Shown: positions 1-13,076 of the stretch, piece after piece
Layout: each line of letters begins with the position of its first letter
Position numbering within the stretch: the first letter of the stretch is position 1
From: Ancylonema sp.
Lineage: Eukaryota
Assembly (NCBI GenBank): GCA_050230475.1
Contig: JBFLGF010000205.1
Span: forward strand, 1 to 62,910
Length of the DNA: 62,910 nt
Reading direction: 5' to 3'
Translations under genes and position numbers: made by a program
Notes under the pieces: generated by a model
Seen by the model: only the letters and a program-made list of their open reading frames with translations
Told to the model about the DNA's origin: nothing
Databases searched by the model: none

Positions 1-1051
1 TCGACGGCCCACAAGCCACCAAGTCCTTTCGAGCTGCATCTACGGTCCCCCGTAAGTCCTGTCGGGGGAATCTGCTTTGGCATTAAGAACAAAGTTTTGG
101 CAGTAGGAGCTCCCTTCAAGATTCTTGATTTTCAAAAGAAAAATATATTGGGCTCGGATCGGAGCCCATCGTTTGGACTTCTCCGCTGTTTAACTACCCC
201 ACAGACAAGCCTGATTCCAGAAATCACAAAATATTCGTTGGAACTTCTGGAGAAGGTACATCTGATGTCAGCGCGTTCGTACGAGAAGCACGTCAAATGC
301 ACAGCAGAGTTTTGGCACTTCTGCGTCACGGATATGACGTGATAATAATGATAGTGAGACCTGCCCGTGTCCACCCCCATTTGAGATGCACCTAAACGCT
401 GCAGGAGACAGGTTTCATACCGTCTTCAAAGACTTGCTGCTTGCATCTCTCGCTGCTGCTGTGCTACGGGGGGATGCGGGGACGGGCTTTCGGGAATTGT
501 CGTCTTGTCTGCACCTGGCATGTATGTTTTGCCGACAAACTCCTGGGTTGCCTCTAAACCTGGCATGAGCACTCGTTTACCACCATGGCGTTGATGCGTT
601 TCGAAGCAAGCGGTAATAACATGCGTATTCTCTGTCGCCAATTGGTACCGCTGACACCATCAGGTTCATGGTGCCTGTGTAGAGAATATGAAGCTGCAGG
701 TTGCGTGTCATAGAGGGTGGTTGCTGGGCTTCTCGACACGTACATCTAATATTTTGGTGTCCATAAACTAGCATCAAACTGGACCTACCGAAGTGAAGGA
801 CTCGTTATTACACAGAAGTGTTGTAATGAATGTTCTCAAACACTGTGTTTTAGATGACGCACGTGTGAAGCTGAACAATCAGAAAACAGAAAACAGTACC
901 GAATTTTGATGTCCGGATCTTCAAAACCGCGTCCTTTCCTTCCCACTGCGCTATTTCTGTGGCCTCCGGTGACGTCGCCATTCTTCTGTGGCCGTACATC
1001 GTCCTGGTACCAAGCCTCCGCCTGACACCAACCCCCCACCGCCTCGTCGCC

Positions 1052-3693
1052 ATGGCCATACAGACGTGGCTCCACGGCCGGTCGGCGCCGAAAAGGTCGG
1101 TTCCGTACGTTCCCCGTACAGCTTCGAGCGTGTCAACCAGAAGGAGGTCATTGGCGGAGCGCTCCTTCGCCGCCGCGCTGCTGCTCACAGGGCTCATGTG
1201 GACCTCCTCGGCGGGCCTAACCTTCCTCCGCGAGCTGTACGGGGGGAGGAGGGGGGGAAGGGTGGTTCGCGGTTGGGGGTCGGTTGGGGTCCAGGACCTC
1301 GCCTGTAGATGTTGCTGTAGTTTACTCTGTTCACGTTAATATGGTGAGAACGAGATATAAATTCATCAATGTAGACAAGATTCACCATTCGTGTCAATTT
1401 GTCCGTAATAACCCGAAATTTCCTCACCGAATTTCCTCTCGCACGTCGGCAGGATGCTCAATCTATCGAATCTGATCCGAATCTGAAAATCTGTATCGAT
1501 TCAGACCGTCACGTTCTACTGAGGTCTACAGACGGCCAGGATGACATTTTTCCGATCATCCCCGTATGAATAAGTCCGCCCCCGTCCCCGCCCCGCCCCC
1601 GCCTTTGTCTTCCGCATTTCAGAGCGAGTGAGCTGCCTGAGGCTCAATTTGGGTCGTCGGATCTTCATAGCATCTTCAGGAGGCGCCAGCTGTCCACCGG
1701 AGGCTCCTCGGAATCGAATGAAACAAGAGGTACAGGAAAACCTTCTCCTAAGAAACCCCCAAAAGTAATGGGATAGTCCTTGCATCAAATCCGTCTCATC
1801 CACATCGCCTTCTGAGTAAGATTCCGCTCAGTTATACTGTACGGTCCAATCTCCAGTAGAATTCCGCCACGTGTCCACTATTTCGGCATCTGATTTCCGG
1901 GTCCAAATAGTCCACCCCCCACCCCCCACCTCCACCCCCCATCCCCCCACCCCCCCCCCGCCCCCCAACCTTAATCCCTACCCCCCCCCCCCTCCCCCCC
2001 CCCCCCTTCCCCCGCCCCCCCCCCCCCCAGCCGTTTCTCCCCAGGACTCGACCCTATGGCCCCCTCTCCAGGGCTACCCCGCCTGGTCCCACCCCTTCGC
2101 CCCCCCCCCAAAGCCTCCCCTCTGCCCCCTGCGCCAACCCTCGGGCACCCCAAAATGCACCCCCCACCCGCCGCACATCTCCTGCGAGTCCGCCTGGGGG
2201 AACGGGTACGTGAATCCGGTTACCTTGTTCGGGACCCCTCCCCCCCCCGGCACCCCCTTCCCTGAGCCCCCCCACGTCCGGGGAGGGGGGAACGAGGAGG
2301 CGGGGCAGGGGCGGGGCGGGGGCGGGGGGGAGGGCGGGGGTGGGGGGGAGATTTGGGTGGCTGGGGGAGGGGAGGGGGGCTGGGTGAGGTGTATGTCAAA
2401 CCCGCTTTTGGAGACGAGTACGTGTGAGGGGTCGAAATTGATCCTACATCCGGATTTGGTCCAGGTGTCTATGGGGGGGGAGGAGATTGAGGATGTGTTG
2501 AACAGGAGAGAGGAGGAGGAGATCCCGATGGTTGGGGAGGGGGCCATGGAGGTCCTAGGGGGGGGTGGGGGGGGCGGTTGGCTGATTGTGCCAGAAGGGT
2601 TGGGTATTAGGCTGTTTGTTGGGGGGGGGAATGTGGTGGCACAGGGGAAGGAGAAGCGGAACGTTTGGGGGAAGATGGTGGAGGGGAGTAGGGAAGCAGG
2701 GAGAGCGGAGTGTGGGACGGTGAGAATATGAATGTGACCCATTTGCAGTTCGTCGTTCTGCCTTTTTGTTGTTTTGTTGTTTTGCCTTTTTGCCGTTTTG
2801 TCTATTTTCCCCACTTGGTTGTTCACATTTTTGGTAGTCAGGGTCGATGGTTTCTTTCTATTGCCACTCTCCATCCACACCAAGTTTCTTTTTTGGACAT
2901 AAGTATCGTGACGTGGAGAACTGAGGTGTTAGGACTGGGAATGTGCATCCGATGACCTCCCAAAACTGAGACTTTCCCACCCCCCCCCCACCCCCACCAT
3001 TTTTTGTTTTTTTTTTTTTGTTTTTTTTTTAAAGTTTTTTTCATTTGTTTTTTTTTGGTTTTTTTTTTTGTTTTTTTGTTTTTTGTTTTTGGGTGTATTC
3101 TTCCCCTTCACCAAACTTGTTTATACTCCTGATAGGTGATTACGGAACCCACCCTGTTGGTGACCCGTGTGGATTACGCGAACCTCGCGTTCACTGTGGC
3201 CGACATCTACAATGCGTGGGTGTCCTCCAAAGTGTGGGGGGTCAAGCACCGACCGAGGGTCGTATTCATGGACGGACACTCCAAGGTGAAACAAATTAAA
3301 TCTAGGAACTGCCAGCCCGCAGAAGTCCCAAAAAAAAACCAAAAAAGGAAACAAACGCAGAAAGACAAATAAATCTTCGGATCTGCCCGGAAAAAAATGA
3401 CCTGTACAAAAACCCAAAAAATCCCAAAGTATACTCCAAAACATACCCAGAAAACCCACAAAAAAATTTGTATCTTGCCGGATTTCGGGCCAAGCTTCTC
3501 CTTCTCCCGTTTTCTCTCCCTTTCTCTCCCTCCCTTCTTCCATCAATTTCTTTGGACTCCTTCGATTTTGTATCGTTATTATGATTGATATCATCATTTT
3601 TACTATTACTAGTGGTATCAATTGAAGTGCATGACAATTGTCATCTAGATCGATATTATCATCATCATCATCATCATCATCACCATCACCATC

Positions 3694-3724
<31 letters not shown>

Positions 3725-5122
3725 CCATCATCACCATCATCACCATCATCATCATCATCACTCACCACAGCAACCCCTCCCCCCCCACCCCCCCCCCGGG
3801 CTAATCTTCCCTCCCAGAGTTCCATGGACGACTTCTGGTCCACAATCTTCCCCCAAGTCCACCACCTGAAGCACCTCCGTGGCCCAATCTGCTTCCGCCA
3901 CGTCATCCTCGTCCCCCTGGGCGGCGCTGGCCCCCTCAACCAATGCATGCTAAAAAAACGCGAGCGCCGTTGTATGGGGAGTGCGGATTTCCGCACCTCC
4001 CTCCCCCCCTCCAAGGGCTACCTGGGGTTGGGGGGGGGGGGGGGCGGAAACGCCGCGTTTTGGGACAGGGGGGTGATGTGGGGGGGGCTGGATAATGGGA
4101 GAGAGACGGCCAGAATGGTGGAGTTTGGAGAAATGGTGACCAAAAGTTTTGGGTTGGGGTTAGATCACTCTTGGCTCGATCTTATGAGGGGAGGAGGGGA
4201 GAGGGGGGATGGGGGAGGGGGGGAAGGGGGAGGGGGAGGGGGAGGCCGGGGGGGGGTTGTGAAGAGGAAAGTATTCCGAGTGCTGTTTGTTTGTCGGGAG
4301 GACTATTTTGCGCACCCAAGGCACACGGGGTCTCTAGAAAGGAGAATCGAGAACGAGGCGGAGGTTTTGGATGCCATCAAAGCGTGGGCGGCCGCTCGGA
4401 ACAACGGAATGGAATTCGAGGTGGGGGAGGGGGTGACGCTGGGAATGGCAGGGGTTGAAGTCGGCGGTGGGGTTGGGGTTGGGGGAGGGAGAGGGGGAGG
4501 GGGTGAGGAGGGAGACATGATTCCTAGGGAGGGGAATAATTTTGGTTTGGAGAAAAATATCACGGTGCTGATGGCCATGAGGAAGGAGGGGAGCAAATGG
4601 GACGATGGGAGGGAGGGGAGGGAGGGAGGGGTTGGGAGGAGGTTGGAGGCGACAGCGGGGGAGGAAAGGAGAGATGATGACGGAGAGAGTTCGCCGGAAA
4701 CGGAGGGGTCACAACAAGCGTCGTCCCCCGGCGAACCCGGGGGTGGACCCCCCAGTCGAATCCCCGGCGGCGGCAGTGAGAAGTGCGAGGTGGTGGAGGG
4801 GCGGTTCGGTCACATGGCGTTCCGCGCGCAAATCGCGGCGGTTTTCGCGGCGGATGTGGTGGTAGGGGCGCACGGGGCGGGTCTCGCGCACCTCGCGTTC
4901 GCGCGGCCGCACGCCACGGTTATCGAGTTCGTGAAGCCCGGGCGGGTGCGGTACGTGAACATGGCGCAGTGGCGGGGGTTGCGGTACGAGAGGGTCTTCC
5001 CAAGGAGGGCGGGGGTGGGGGGGGGCAGGGGGCATGCGAAGGCGGGGAGGCGGGTGGACCCCAAGGAGGTGGTGAACGTTCTGCACGGACTCGCTTTGAA
5101 GTTTTTCGCGACTAGTGGGTAG
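1052..5122 (+). CDS. XYLT: N-glycan beta-1,2-xylosyltransferase (GT61 family), multi-exon: ATG 1052 with TM anchor exon; exon ~2031/2045-2719; exon 3136-3285; exon 3818-5122 (stem-region exons between 1240 and 2030 uncertain)
   Basis: Translated blocks match plant XylT motifs recalled from the family: LWPPLQGYPAWS, SCESAWGNGY, SMGGEEIEDVLNRREEEEIP, ITEPTLLVTRVDYANL...VVFMDGH, RVLFVCREDYFAHPRH, VVGAHGAGLAHL. N-terminal hydrophobic anchor (AAALLLTGLMW). GT-AG junctions 2719/3136 and 3285/3818 keep the frame. Confidence 0.88.
3658..3760. repeat. (CAT/CAC)n trinucleotide microsatellite in XYLT intron
   Basis: Direct reading; lies upstream of the acceptor at 3816-3817 and explains the spurious poly-His/poly-Ser/poly-Asp ORFs. 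Confidence 0.95.
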
Positions 5123-5918
5123 GGGAGGGGAGGGAGGTAGGGTTGTTGATATGGCAACACGGATCTTTGACGCCTGTTGTGCGACGTGAAACATAGACGT
5201 ACACGTAGATGTAGAATGTGACGTAGGGGTAGAGGAGGAGATGGAGGTAGAGGTAGGGGTAGATGTACACTTATTGGCGACGGTTGGGTTCATACATTGA
5301 GTTTCTTGGGTGCCCTCACGATACTCGTGACTGAGGGGAAGTGCACGAGGAGCCAATGGACGAGGCAAGGCGGGTCGGAAGGGTTTTAGTTCAACGGGGA
5401 TTTGATGATGTCGCACGAATGCACCAAAGCGATAGATGAGGATCCCGGTTTGACGCTTGTGTTTCACAAGAAAATGAGTTCAGAGATTGCTACAAGCGTA
5501 GGTGGCAACGAGGCACTGAGAGCTTTTGCGTATGTATATACGTGGCGGCTTTTAAGTCTCTCATTTGTGGTACATGCACTTTTGAGCAAAAGTTATGTTT
5601 CTGTGTATTCTAGTAGAAACATCTGATTACTCGGAGGGAGGATAGTCTAGTAATTCTAGAGTTGTGTACATCCTTGGACATCAATTGTGTGTAGCAACAT
5701 TTGTGTGTATTCATTTTGCTAAGTGGTCTCATAGTTTTGGTACATTGAAGATACACATCGAGATCCAATGAGTCCATGACGTGTCGATATGACCAAGTTT
5801 TGGATGCGGGAGGTCAGTTGACGATTTTGGGCTTGCGACTTTCTATGGCGAATAAAAGAAAAAACACGTCTACATGTACACTCGATCATAAAAAGGGTTG
5901 TTTCGAATTAAGTGAGAT

Positions 5919-7029
5919 CATAGTTGCACGGACTGGCAACAATAGATTTTCGGACCGCGGTTGGACTGGGTCCGGAGTCGGGACCCGGTCGGACTAGCAT
6001 GTTCATATCCAACCGTCCTTTGATTGAGATGGTGAATTTCAAATTGACATATTGTAATGATGTTAAAATTTTGGCATCACAAGTCACCATCCGATAGCAC
6101 GCAATCGAAGGGGATGACGGTCTTCACAATTGCCGAACCTGAGTTTCATTGGTCAATAATATAACTTCACGTGATTGGTCAATTCATCAAGCCTACGGAC
6201 TTGCTTTGTCAAATTTGAACATGCCTCACTTTGGGTCACACAATTTTGGCCTGAATCGTATTTAGGCAACTCATTTTTGGAGAGTGACCTGTGAGGAGTG
6301 GGAAGTGGAGAGAGGGAATTTATTTAAGGTGGTGTGAATAGTGAAGAATGTGTTATTCGTGGAGTGAAAACTGTGGAAAGTGTAGAAGTAAAGAAGTTGT
6401 GTTGAAGTTTTATGAAAAAGATGATGTTGTAGGCATGGATAGATTTTGATATGGCAAGTTTATTTTAAAGAGGGAACTTGACATTTATTTATGTTAAATA
6501 TGAAAGTGGGAAGTGAGGAGTGTTTTCTTAAGGTGGAGTGAAGAGAGAATACAAGGTTGTGGGCGTAGATAAAATATCCAGGTAAGAAAATGTTGGATAT
6601 GGGTGTATTAATTTTTCAATATGTTCATGATATTATTGCCCATTATCATATATACAAAAAATGCCTCACATGTGCATCAATTTATCATTAGATTCTAACA
6701 TATGAAAACAAAAAAAATGGCGTATTTATATCATCCCAATTGACCTATAGCATTTATCCTAGTGATTTCCTTGAAAAATGTTGAAAAACGTTGTAGACAT
6801 TTATGCATTTCGGGTTCTCATTACTTGATTGTTATGTCAAACATTTTTTGACATTTTTATACGATGTCAAATACGCGAAAAAATGCTTCCGGGTTTTTTC
6901 CTCCACGGAAAACTCCTCAAAACCCCCAAAAATAAATAGTACCCTAAACAGTCGGTCTGGAGTTTGAACCCAAACGGACGGACCCCGGTCCGGTACCGGG
7001 ACCTCGGTCCCCCGGTCCGTGCAAGTATG
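5919..7029. mobile_element. Non-autonomous hAT-type DNA transposon (~1.1 kb)
   Basis: Ends CATAGTTGCACGGAC ... GTCCGTGCAAGTATG; exact 8-bp TSD AGTGAGAT at 5911-5918 and 7030-7037; GC-rich CGGACC/GGTCCG subterminal motifs; no ORF; homologous along its length to 42630-43734. Confidence 0.9.
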
Positions 7030-8739
7030 AGTGAGATCACTTACACGCAAGACAACAATTGATGAAAATTTTGGCAAGTCCATGTTGAGCTGATGATGAT
7101 ATTGATGGATTTTTTCAGTCGACCATAATCATTTCCACATTTAACACTTGTCGTCTTCCCAAATATATCCAAAATATTGTGTTTTGATGACAACCATGAC
7201 ATCCATAATTTACTATCAACTTGTTTGTGTCAATGACCTGGCGATAGAAACAAAGCATCATATCGCGCTCCGTTTATGCTGGCCATTGACTGAGTAAGTC
7301 CTTTTCATAATCGCCCAGAATTAGTCAGCGTGCACACGTGCCTCGCAATCAGCAATCGTATCGACAACAAGAGTCACTTGGCATTATAATCTTGTGAAGC
7401 TTTAGATTTACAACCATGCACCAAGACTTCGAATGGCAAAAATCCAAGTGGATAAGAGCATGAAGGTCCCCCGAACAAGAATTTCTCATTTATTGGAACA
7501 GAATACCATAAGTGACGGGCAACCGCACCCTAAAAAGCAATCAGTTCCCCCATTTTCCGAAATGGTTCCATCTTTGAATCGGTTCCAAACAAACAAAAAA
7601 ATGGTTTATGAAAAAAGAAAGTAATTTTCCGTTCAACTATGGTGTGAAGTGTGTTACGCAAGTTACATGTCGCAAAATCCCATAATCAAAGAAACACCAA
7701 TAATCAAGATTTCATGTTACCGTACTGGATACAAAAAAATGATTTCTAATCGATGACTGAAATCCAAAATTATTTTTTTCTACTAATATCTAGAAGGGAG
7801 AATCATTCACAAAAATCCATTGATATTAATTCCACTTTGGTTTTTTTTGAAGTTTTACATGTAGGTATCCTAGAGTCATCGCCAAAAATCATCGACAGTG
7901 ACTACAAGATTCGCGGAATCATTTTTCCAAATTATTGATAAGTCAATTCGTTTCGAAAAAGTGTCGTTTATGGGCCCAGTCCGGTATGCACATGAAGAAT
8001 GTTGTCGTTAATTTTTTGATATGTTTTTTCTGTGGGGAGGGCTTTTTTTACTACGGGCTGTTAGCTGGGCTGCGTGCTCCGAACTGGTCTGCGGGTTTTG
8101 ACGAGCCCGAGGCCCAGATCGTCTCTGTGGGCACACCTGACACGTGTCGCGTTGTCCGGGGTCACACGCACCCGCTTCCGATAACGTCAGTCACCTCCCG
8201 CCCTGAAACTACAGCTGCTGCCCACAGACCACAAAACCTTGGTCGGGTTTTCGGGACTTCGCGCATACTTCACTGAATTAAGTCTTCTAAGTCTGCTGAT
8301 GTTGAGATTTTTACTTCAAATCTTTGCGTAGTGTTCAAGTTTTGAGGAGTTGAGTTGGAAGATATGTTTGTGGCATCGGACTGATGTTAGTGGTTCAGCG
8401 TGCATGGTGAAGACGGAAACTCCCTCCTCTTATAAGCAACCTACTGTTCGCCCGTATACACACTAGCGTTAGAACTCAAGACGTGGACGTGGACGTAAGG
8501 GTCCATCTCGAGGGGCAGCTTGTAGGACTCGCACGTGTGCAGAATATGACATTACAGCAAAGTCGAAACCATATTTGTTGCTCTACAAAACCAGTAGATT
8601 GGGCGGACTTGGCACCGCAAAAAACGTCTCCCCATTTACAGGTGTAACAAGCGCGATCACTGGAGTGACTCAGCAGCGAAACCGTTTCAAATTGTCGTCA
8701 TAAATCTTTTAGTGCCTTGTTCACATTGGACCCCGCTCA

Positions 8740-9236
8740 ATGCCTGCCATAGGAACCACGTCCGCGTCCGGCGCTTCCGGCGGCGCGTCCGGCACGTCCT
8801 CTGATTACGACTTCGTGTTAGTCCCCTACTGGATGAGCCCCGGGAAGAAGCTCCGCCCCGTTTTTACGGCTGACAACCCGCTCTGCCCCGACGGTTATCT
8901 CAAGATGAAGGCCACCCAGAAACCTGCCAGTTGGGACCTGCTCCGAATCTGGCGCAATCCTCCGTTTGACACCGTTTTCGCCCACTGTGAGCTGGCAGAA
9001 TGCTGGATTCAGGACCAGGTGTACCTGCCTGACACGCCACCTCAGCCGGTTCCACCCCCCCCGGTGACATGCAAATTCCTGATGGCCGAAAAACCCCTCA
9101 GTTTGCACGAGCCCTTGTGTAAGAATCCCAACAAGGGTGGGCTGCACGGCTGTCGGGAGGTCATCGTGGTCATGGCTGCAGCCGACCGCTTCATTCTGCC
9201 CCCCGTTATGAACGGTCAGTGAGAGAAAACTCCTCC

Positions 9237-9267
<31 letters not shown>

Positions 9268-10497
9268 TAAATGAACTCCCATTTTTGTAATATTCAGTCA
9301 ATTTGGGTGGCCAAGCACTGTTGCCTACGTGAAGGGTGTCCCGTTACAGAGCGTTGAGTCTGTGGTACATATGATTTCTCTGTGGCTGTATAGAAGGTGT
9401 GCCTGTACAGAGGGTGAGTGTGCCTTCCCAGGGGGTTGACGGCAGATTAACTCTCAAGAGGGCAATCATTCTGAGGTGTAAAACACACAAACGTCGTTTC
9501 TCTCAAACTTGAGGTCACCTGTGCGAAACTGATTCAGAGTGCAGAGTGCACGCACACAGCTTTCTTTGTTGTGCTCATTGGACTCATTGGACTCATTTGA
9601 CTCGAATGCTGAATAAGTACGTGTGTGCCGATCTCGTCATCCTTCCTTTCTGCTAAGGGTTTTTTTTCCCGGAAAAAAAAGTCAATATACAGTCAAACCA
9701 GCGTGGTCCCTTGAAGCACGTCGTCGGTTTTGAGGAATAATGAGGGTGGCTTTAGGCTTGACTGCAGAAATGCTTTATTATTTTATTTTATTTTATTTAT
9801 TCGGGTCAAGCGTTGTACGGATAAGGAACCGTGGCGGGTTTAGAACCCGACAGCTGGAATTCCTCATGATTATTTGTTGATGGTTTGAATTTGGAATTTA
9901 GGGAAATTCTGAATCATACGCCATGGACTCTTGTATATGTACACACATGTCAACGGTTATAATAATCACACCATCACAAAAAAGGGTCGATATATGTTCA
10001 ATATGTCTTTGCGATGTGCTACGTGTAGAGTGGTGGTAGCCTGGACTCCATTGCTTGGTTAAAAAGTAACTCGGACACCCTTCTGGAGTCATTATACTAT
10101 GTCTTTCCTACCTTGGGGTTACGGGTTACGAGTTAAAGGTTAAGGGCATTACGCTTCAAGGGTAGGCCGCCCTCTAGTTATCTTTGTGAGGAGTTATTTA
10201 TAGCTACAGTCAAACATTCTCCATTGCACCCACTCTGTAGGCACAATTTCATACATGCACTAAATCAACCATTCCCAATTCAAAGTGTGCCTCTGAAGAG
10301 GTTTGAGCTGTCCTTCCCGAGCATGCAAGCACGGGACGTGTACCAAACGAGTGATGCCAAACAAATATTTGAAGAGGGTCGACATTGAGTGTCATCTTTG
10401 GTTCCCCTCAAACGAACCAACGTTCCAGTATATTTATTTTAGCGTGAGCTTAATTGTGTGCCCTTGCCCCCTTGCAGGAACGTCGCGTTTGATCTGA
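8740..10497 (+). CDS. Unrecognised ~160-aa protein; main exon 8740-9214 with a probable short last exon 10478-10497 (alternatively ends at TGA 9222)
   Basis: GC-rich, coding-like 160-codon ORF from ATG in an AT-richer background; upstream acceptor TTTACAG at 8640 suggests a 5'UTR intron; donor G|GTCAGT at 9214 joins in phase to CCTTGCAG|GA at 10478 giving ...MNGTSRLI*. Confidence 0.55.
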
Positions 10498-11532
10498 ATC
10501 GTCGATCGGACTCGTCTGTTTCTCTCCATCTGCGAACGTCTCGAGACATTTCCGAAGTAGAGCTATTGAAACAATGGAGTGAAACCCCCCGCCTTAATAT
10601 ACTTGACGAATAGCATCGTTCCCGGTGACTAGGCTTCTAAAATAAACACCTTTGACTTTGACACGTTGTGGAAGTTTAAAACGGAAAAAATGGTTTGAAT
10701 GTTCTCAACGTTTTTTGTTTTTTGATGGATCCTACGAGGGGATTTCTTTGTTAATGTTTGCAATGTCCATTTGAAATTTTGGCTTGAAGTCGGACGTTTT
10801 TGTCAATCCATCGGGGGTGTGCCAGGAGCCGTAGGGAGAACCTGTTCTGGCTACAACACCAACTGTCGTTGCACATTTGTTGAGATGTCCATCTCAACAA
10901 ATGTACAATATGGCGACTCACATGTGTGATGAAATCCTTTGAAACAACGACTCACAAGTCCTTTGACCCACAATTGGACACTTCGTTGTAATATGACACA
11001 AGGTTTGCACGAGACACACCATGCCCAAATTTTATTCATCCATCATTTTTTGAAATCAAATTTATTTGTCATGTTATGTAGTTGATGATAATTTGCTCCT
11101 TACATGTTGTAAGCAACCCCGCGGCCCTATACTTCTACCTTCCTACCCTCACCTACCCCAACCCAGTTGGGCCAAAAGCTCCGAATTGGGGCTCCGTAGC
11201 CAACCCGGTCGTAGGGTTTGGACGGCAGTAGGTAGGGCAGAGTCATCATCGCTAGTATGGCGTGTAGTTGGTCTCCACGTGTGTTTCTTACTTTGTCTTG
11301 CGTTGAATTTAAAGTTGTCAAAACTGAAAACACTGAGACCAAAACACCAAACCACCAAAACCCCGCCTCCAGTCCGCACGCGAAGGCAAACACGGGGACC
11401 GCCTAGTGAGATTTTGTACAAATACAGTATGGTACATTACTTAGAGAGTGCCCTTATATCGAGGAGATTTTGGACGCGATGGAAAATTTCGATTTTCAGA
11501 TAACTTCGATTTCCCCCCCCCCCCACGAAAAC

Positions 11533-11994
11533 CGTGGTTGACCTCGAATGCGGGCGGGAGTATTTAGGAGGTCTCTCTCCGTACGTGGGTGGTTCCGAAC
11601 GCTGGTACTATCCGGGTTTCCCGTCCGATAACTCCAGTAGTCTCTACCATGATTGGGTCCCGGACAACCTTGTTCGGGACAAGTCTCCCGGTTGGCTCGG
11701 GCACCACTTGTCCACGAAATGTCTAAAGAATCCCGAACATGTCCGGGCCAACGATGCATTTATCTGTCCACTGTTTATTATTAAAAGACACAAGTGGGGG
11801 GGTTCCCATTCCATAACAATTGTCTTATATTTGTTTGTGTACTACGGATCTTGCTTACCTACATGGGCGACATTACTCGCCTAAGCGTATTCTTGGTCGT
11901 TTTCTAAGTAATATTTTGGGCAAGGGTGTCTACGTCCGGGACGTGTCTTGGACATATCTCGGGCATGTCCTCGACAGATCCGGGGCCAAGTATG
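11533..11994. mobile_element. Degenerate hAT-like non-autonomous element
   Basis: Imperfect terminal inverted similarity (CGTGGTTGACCTCGAAT vs reverse-complement CATACTTGGCCCCGGAT) and dense CCCGG/CGGGAC motifs; no TSD recognisable. Confidence 0.3.
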
Positions 11995-12135
11995 GTTTCT
12001 ACTTGTCCTTCGACAATACTTTCTTTTAACGTATGTTATTATCGTCATGTCGAGGTGTCGTTAATTTGTGTATAACAACATTTACTAGTAAAACTTGAAA
12101 GGAGTGTCATTATATCGAGGGAATGCACATGCGAG

Positions 12136-13076
12136 CATAGTTGCACGAACCGGCTGTTTTTTTTTTTGGGAACCGGTTCCGAGATGGAACCGTTTCTGAA
12201 CCGGACGAACCGGGAGATTTTTAGGGTTTTTCTCCTTCCCGCGGTATAATATTTTATCCCTTCCAAAAAACGTACGCGGGGGAAGTAAATCGTTGTAAAT
12301 GTTCATGTTGGTGACTCCACGTCACTTTCAGACGCTAAAATTGTGAAAAAAATCATCGGAAAAATATGGCACGGCCATTGTTGGATTCAAATTGCTTTAT
12401 TTCGCGCCATGGCAGGACGTGGTGCATTTTCAGTGGTAGAAAACAACACGCGACCTTCAACTGTGAAAAACTTTGGATAAAGAAGGGATGTGAAAGGTAG
12501 GATAATTGAGTAGGAAGAGAGTGGTTATAAATGTAGTGCCGCAGCTTCGAGCAGACGATTGAAAAAAAAAAGACATGGAAAGTTAAATCAAATGTCGAGT
12601 GGCAATACAAAACGGGTGACAACATCATGTCGCAACATTTTCATATGGAATTAAAAGACGGAATGGGGGTGAGGAAAGATATATGGAATCGATTTTATTG
12701 GATAGTTGAAAAAAGAGTGAAATTGGAACTGCAACTTGTGATATAACTACTTTTACATCAATAGCAAGAAAGTGTGCACAGAAGTGAGCAAAACATAGAA
12801 ATGCACCAAAAGGAGGTGGATACAACTCATTATAAAACTCGTTTTGAGTTTATTTACAATTTGTATCATTTTTTTTTATATTTTTTTTTGGATAGACCAT
12901 GAAGTGGTACCAAAAAAAAAACTATTTGTCGATTTTTCCCGAGCCATATAGCCCCTCAAAATGACGTTTAAGTGAAAAACCCCTAAATCCCGTGGTTCCG
13001 AACAGCGGCAACTTTTGCCGGAACCGGTTCCATCTAAGATCCGGTTCGGAAACGGTTCGGAGTTCGTGCAACTATG
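12136..13076. mobile_element. Non-autonomous hAT-type DNA transposon (~0.94 kb)
   Basis: Ends CATAGTTGCACGAAC ... GTTCGTGCAACTATG; exact 8-bp TSD CATGCGAG at 12128-12135 and 13077-13084; GAACCG subterminal repeats. Confidence 0.92.

Noticed and set aside
1..950. Short ORFs and splice-like signals on the minus strand suggesting a divergent upstream gene
   Set aside because: No frame could be joined into a recognisable protein; evidence insufficient within the window.
3121..4014. Poly-His, poly-Asp and poly-Ser ORFs
   Set aside because: Artefacts of the intronic (CAT)n microsatellite and antisense reading of XYLT.
9800..9860. B-box-like GGGTTTAGAACCC hairpin suggesting a tRNA or SINE
   Set aside because: No cloverleaf, A-box spacing or tail could be established.
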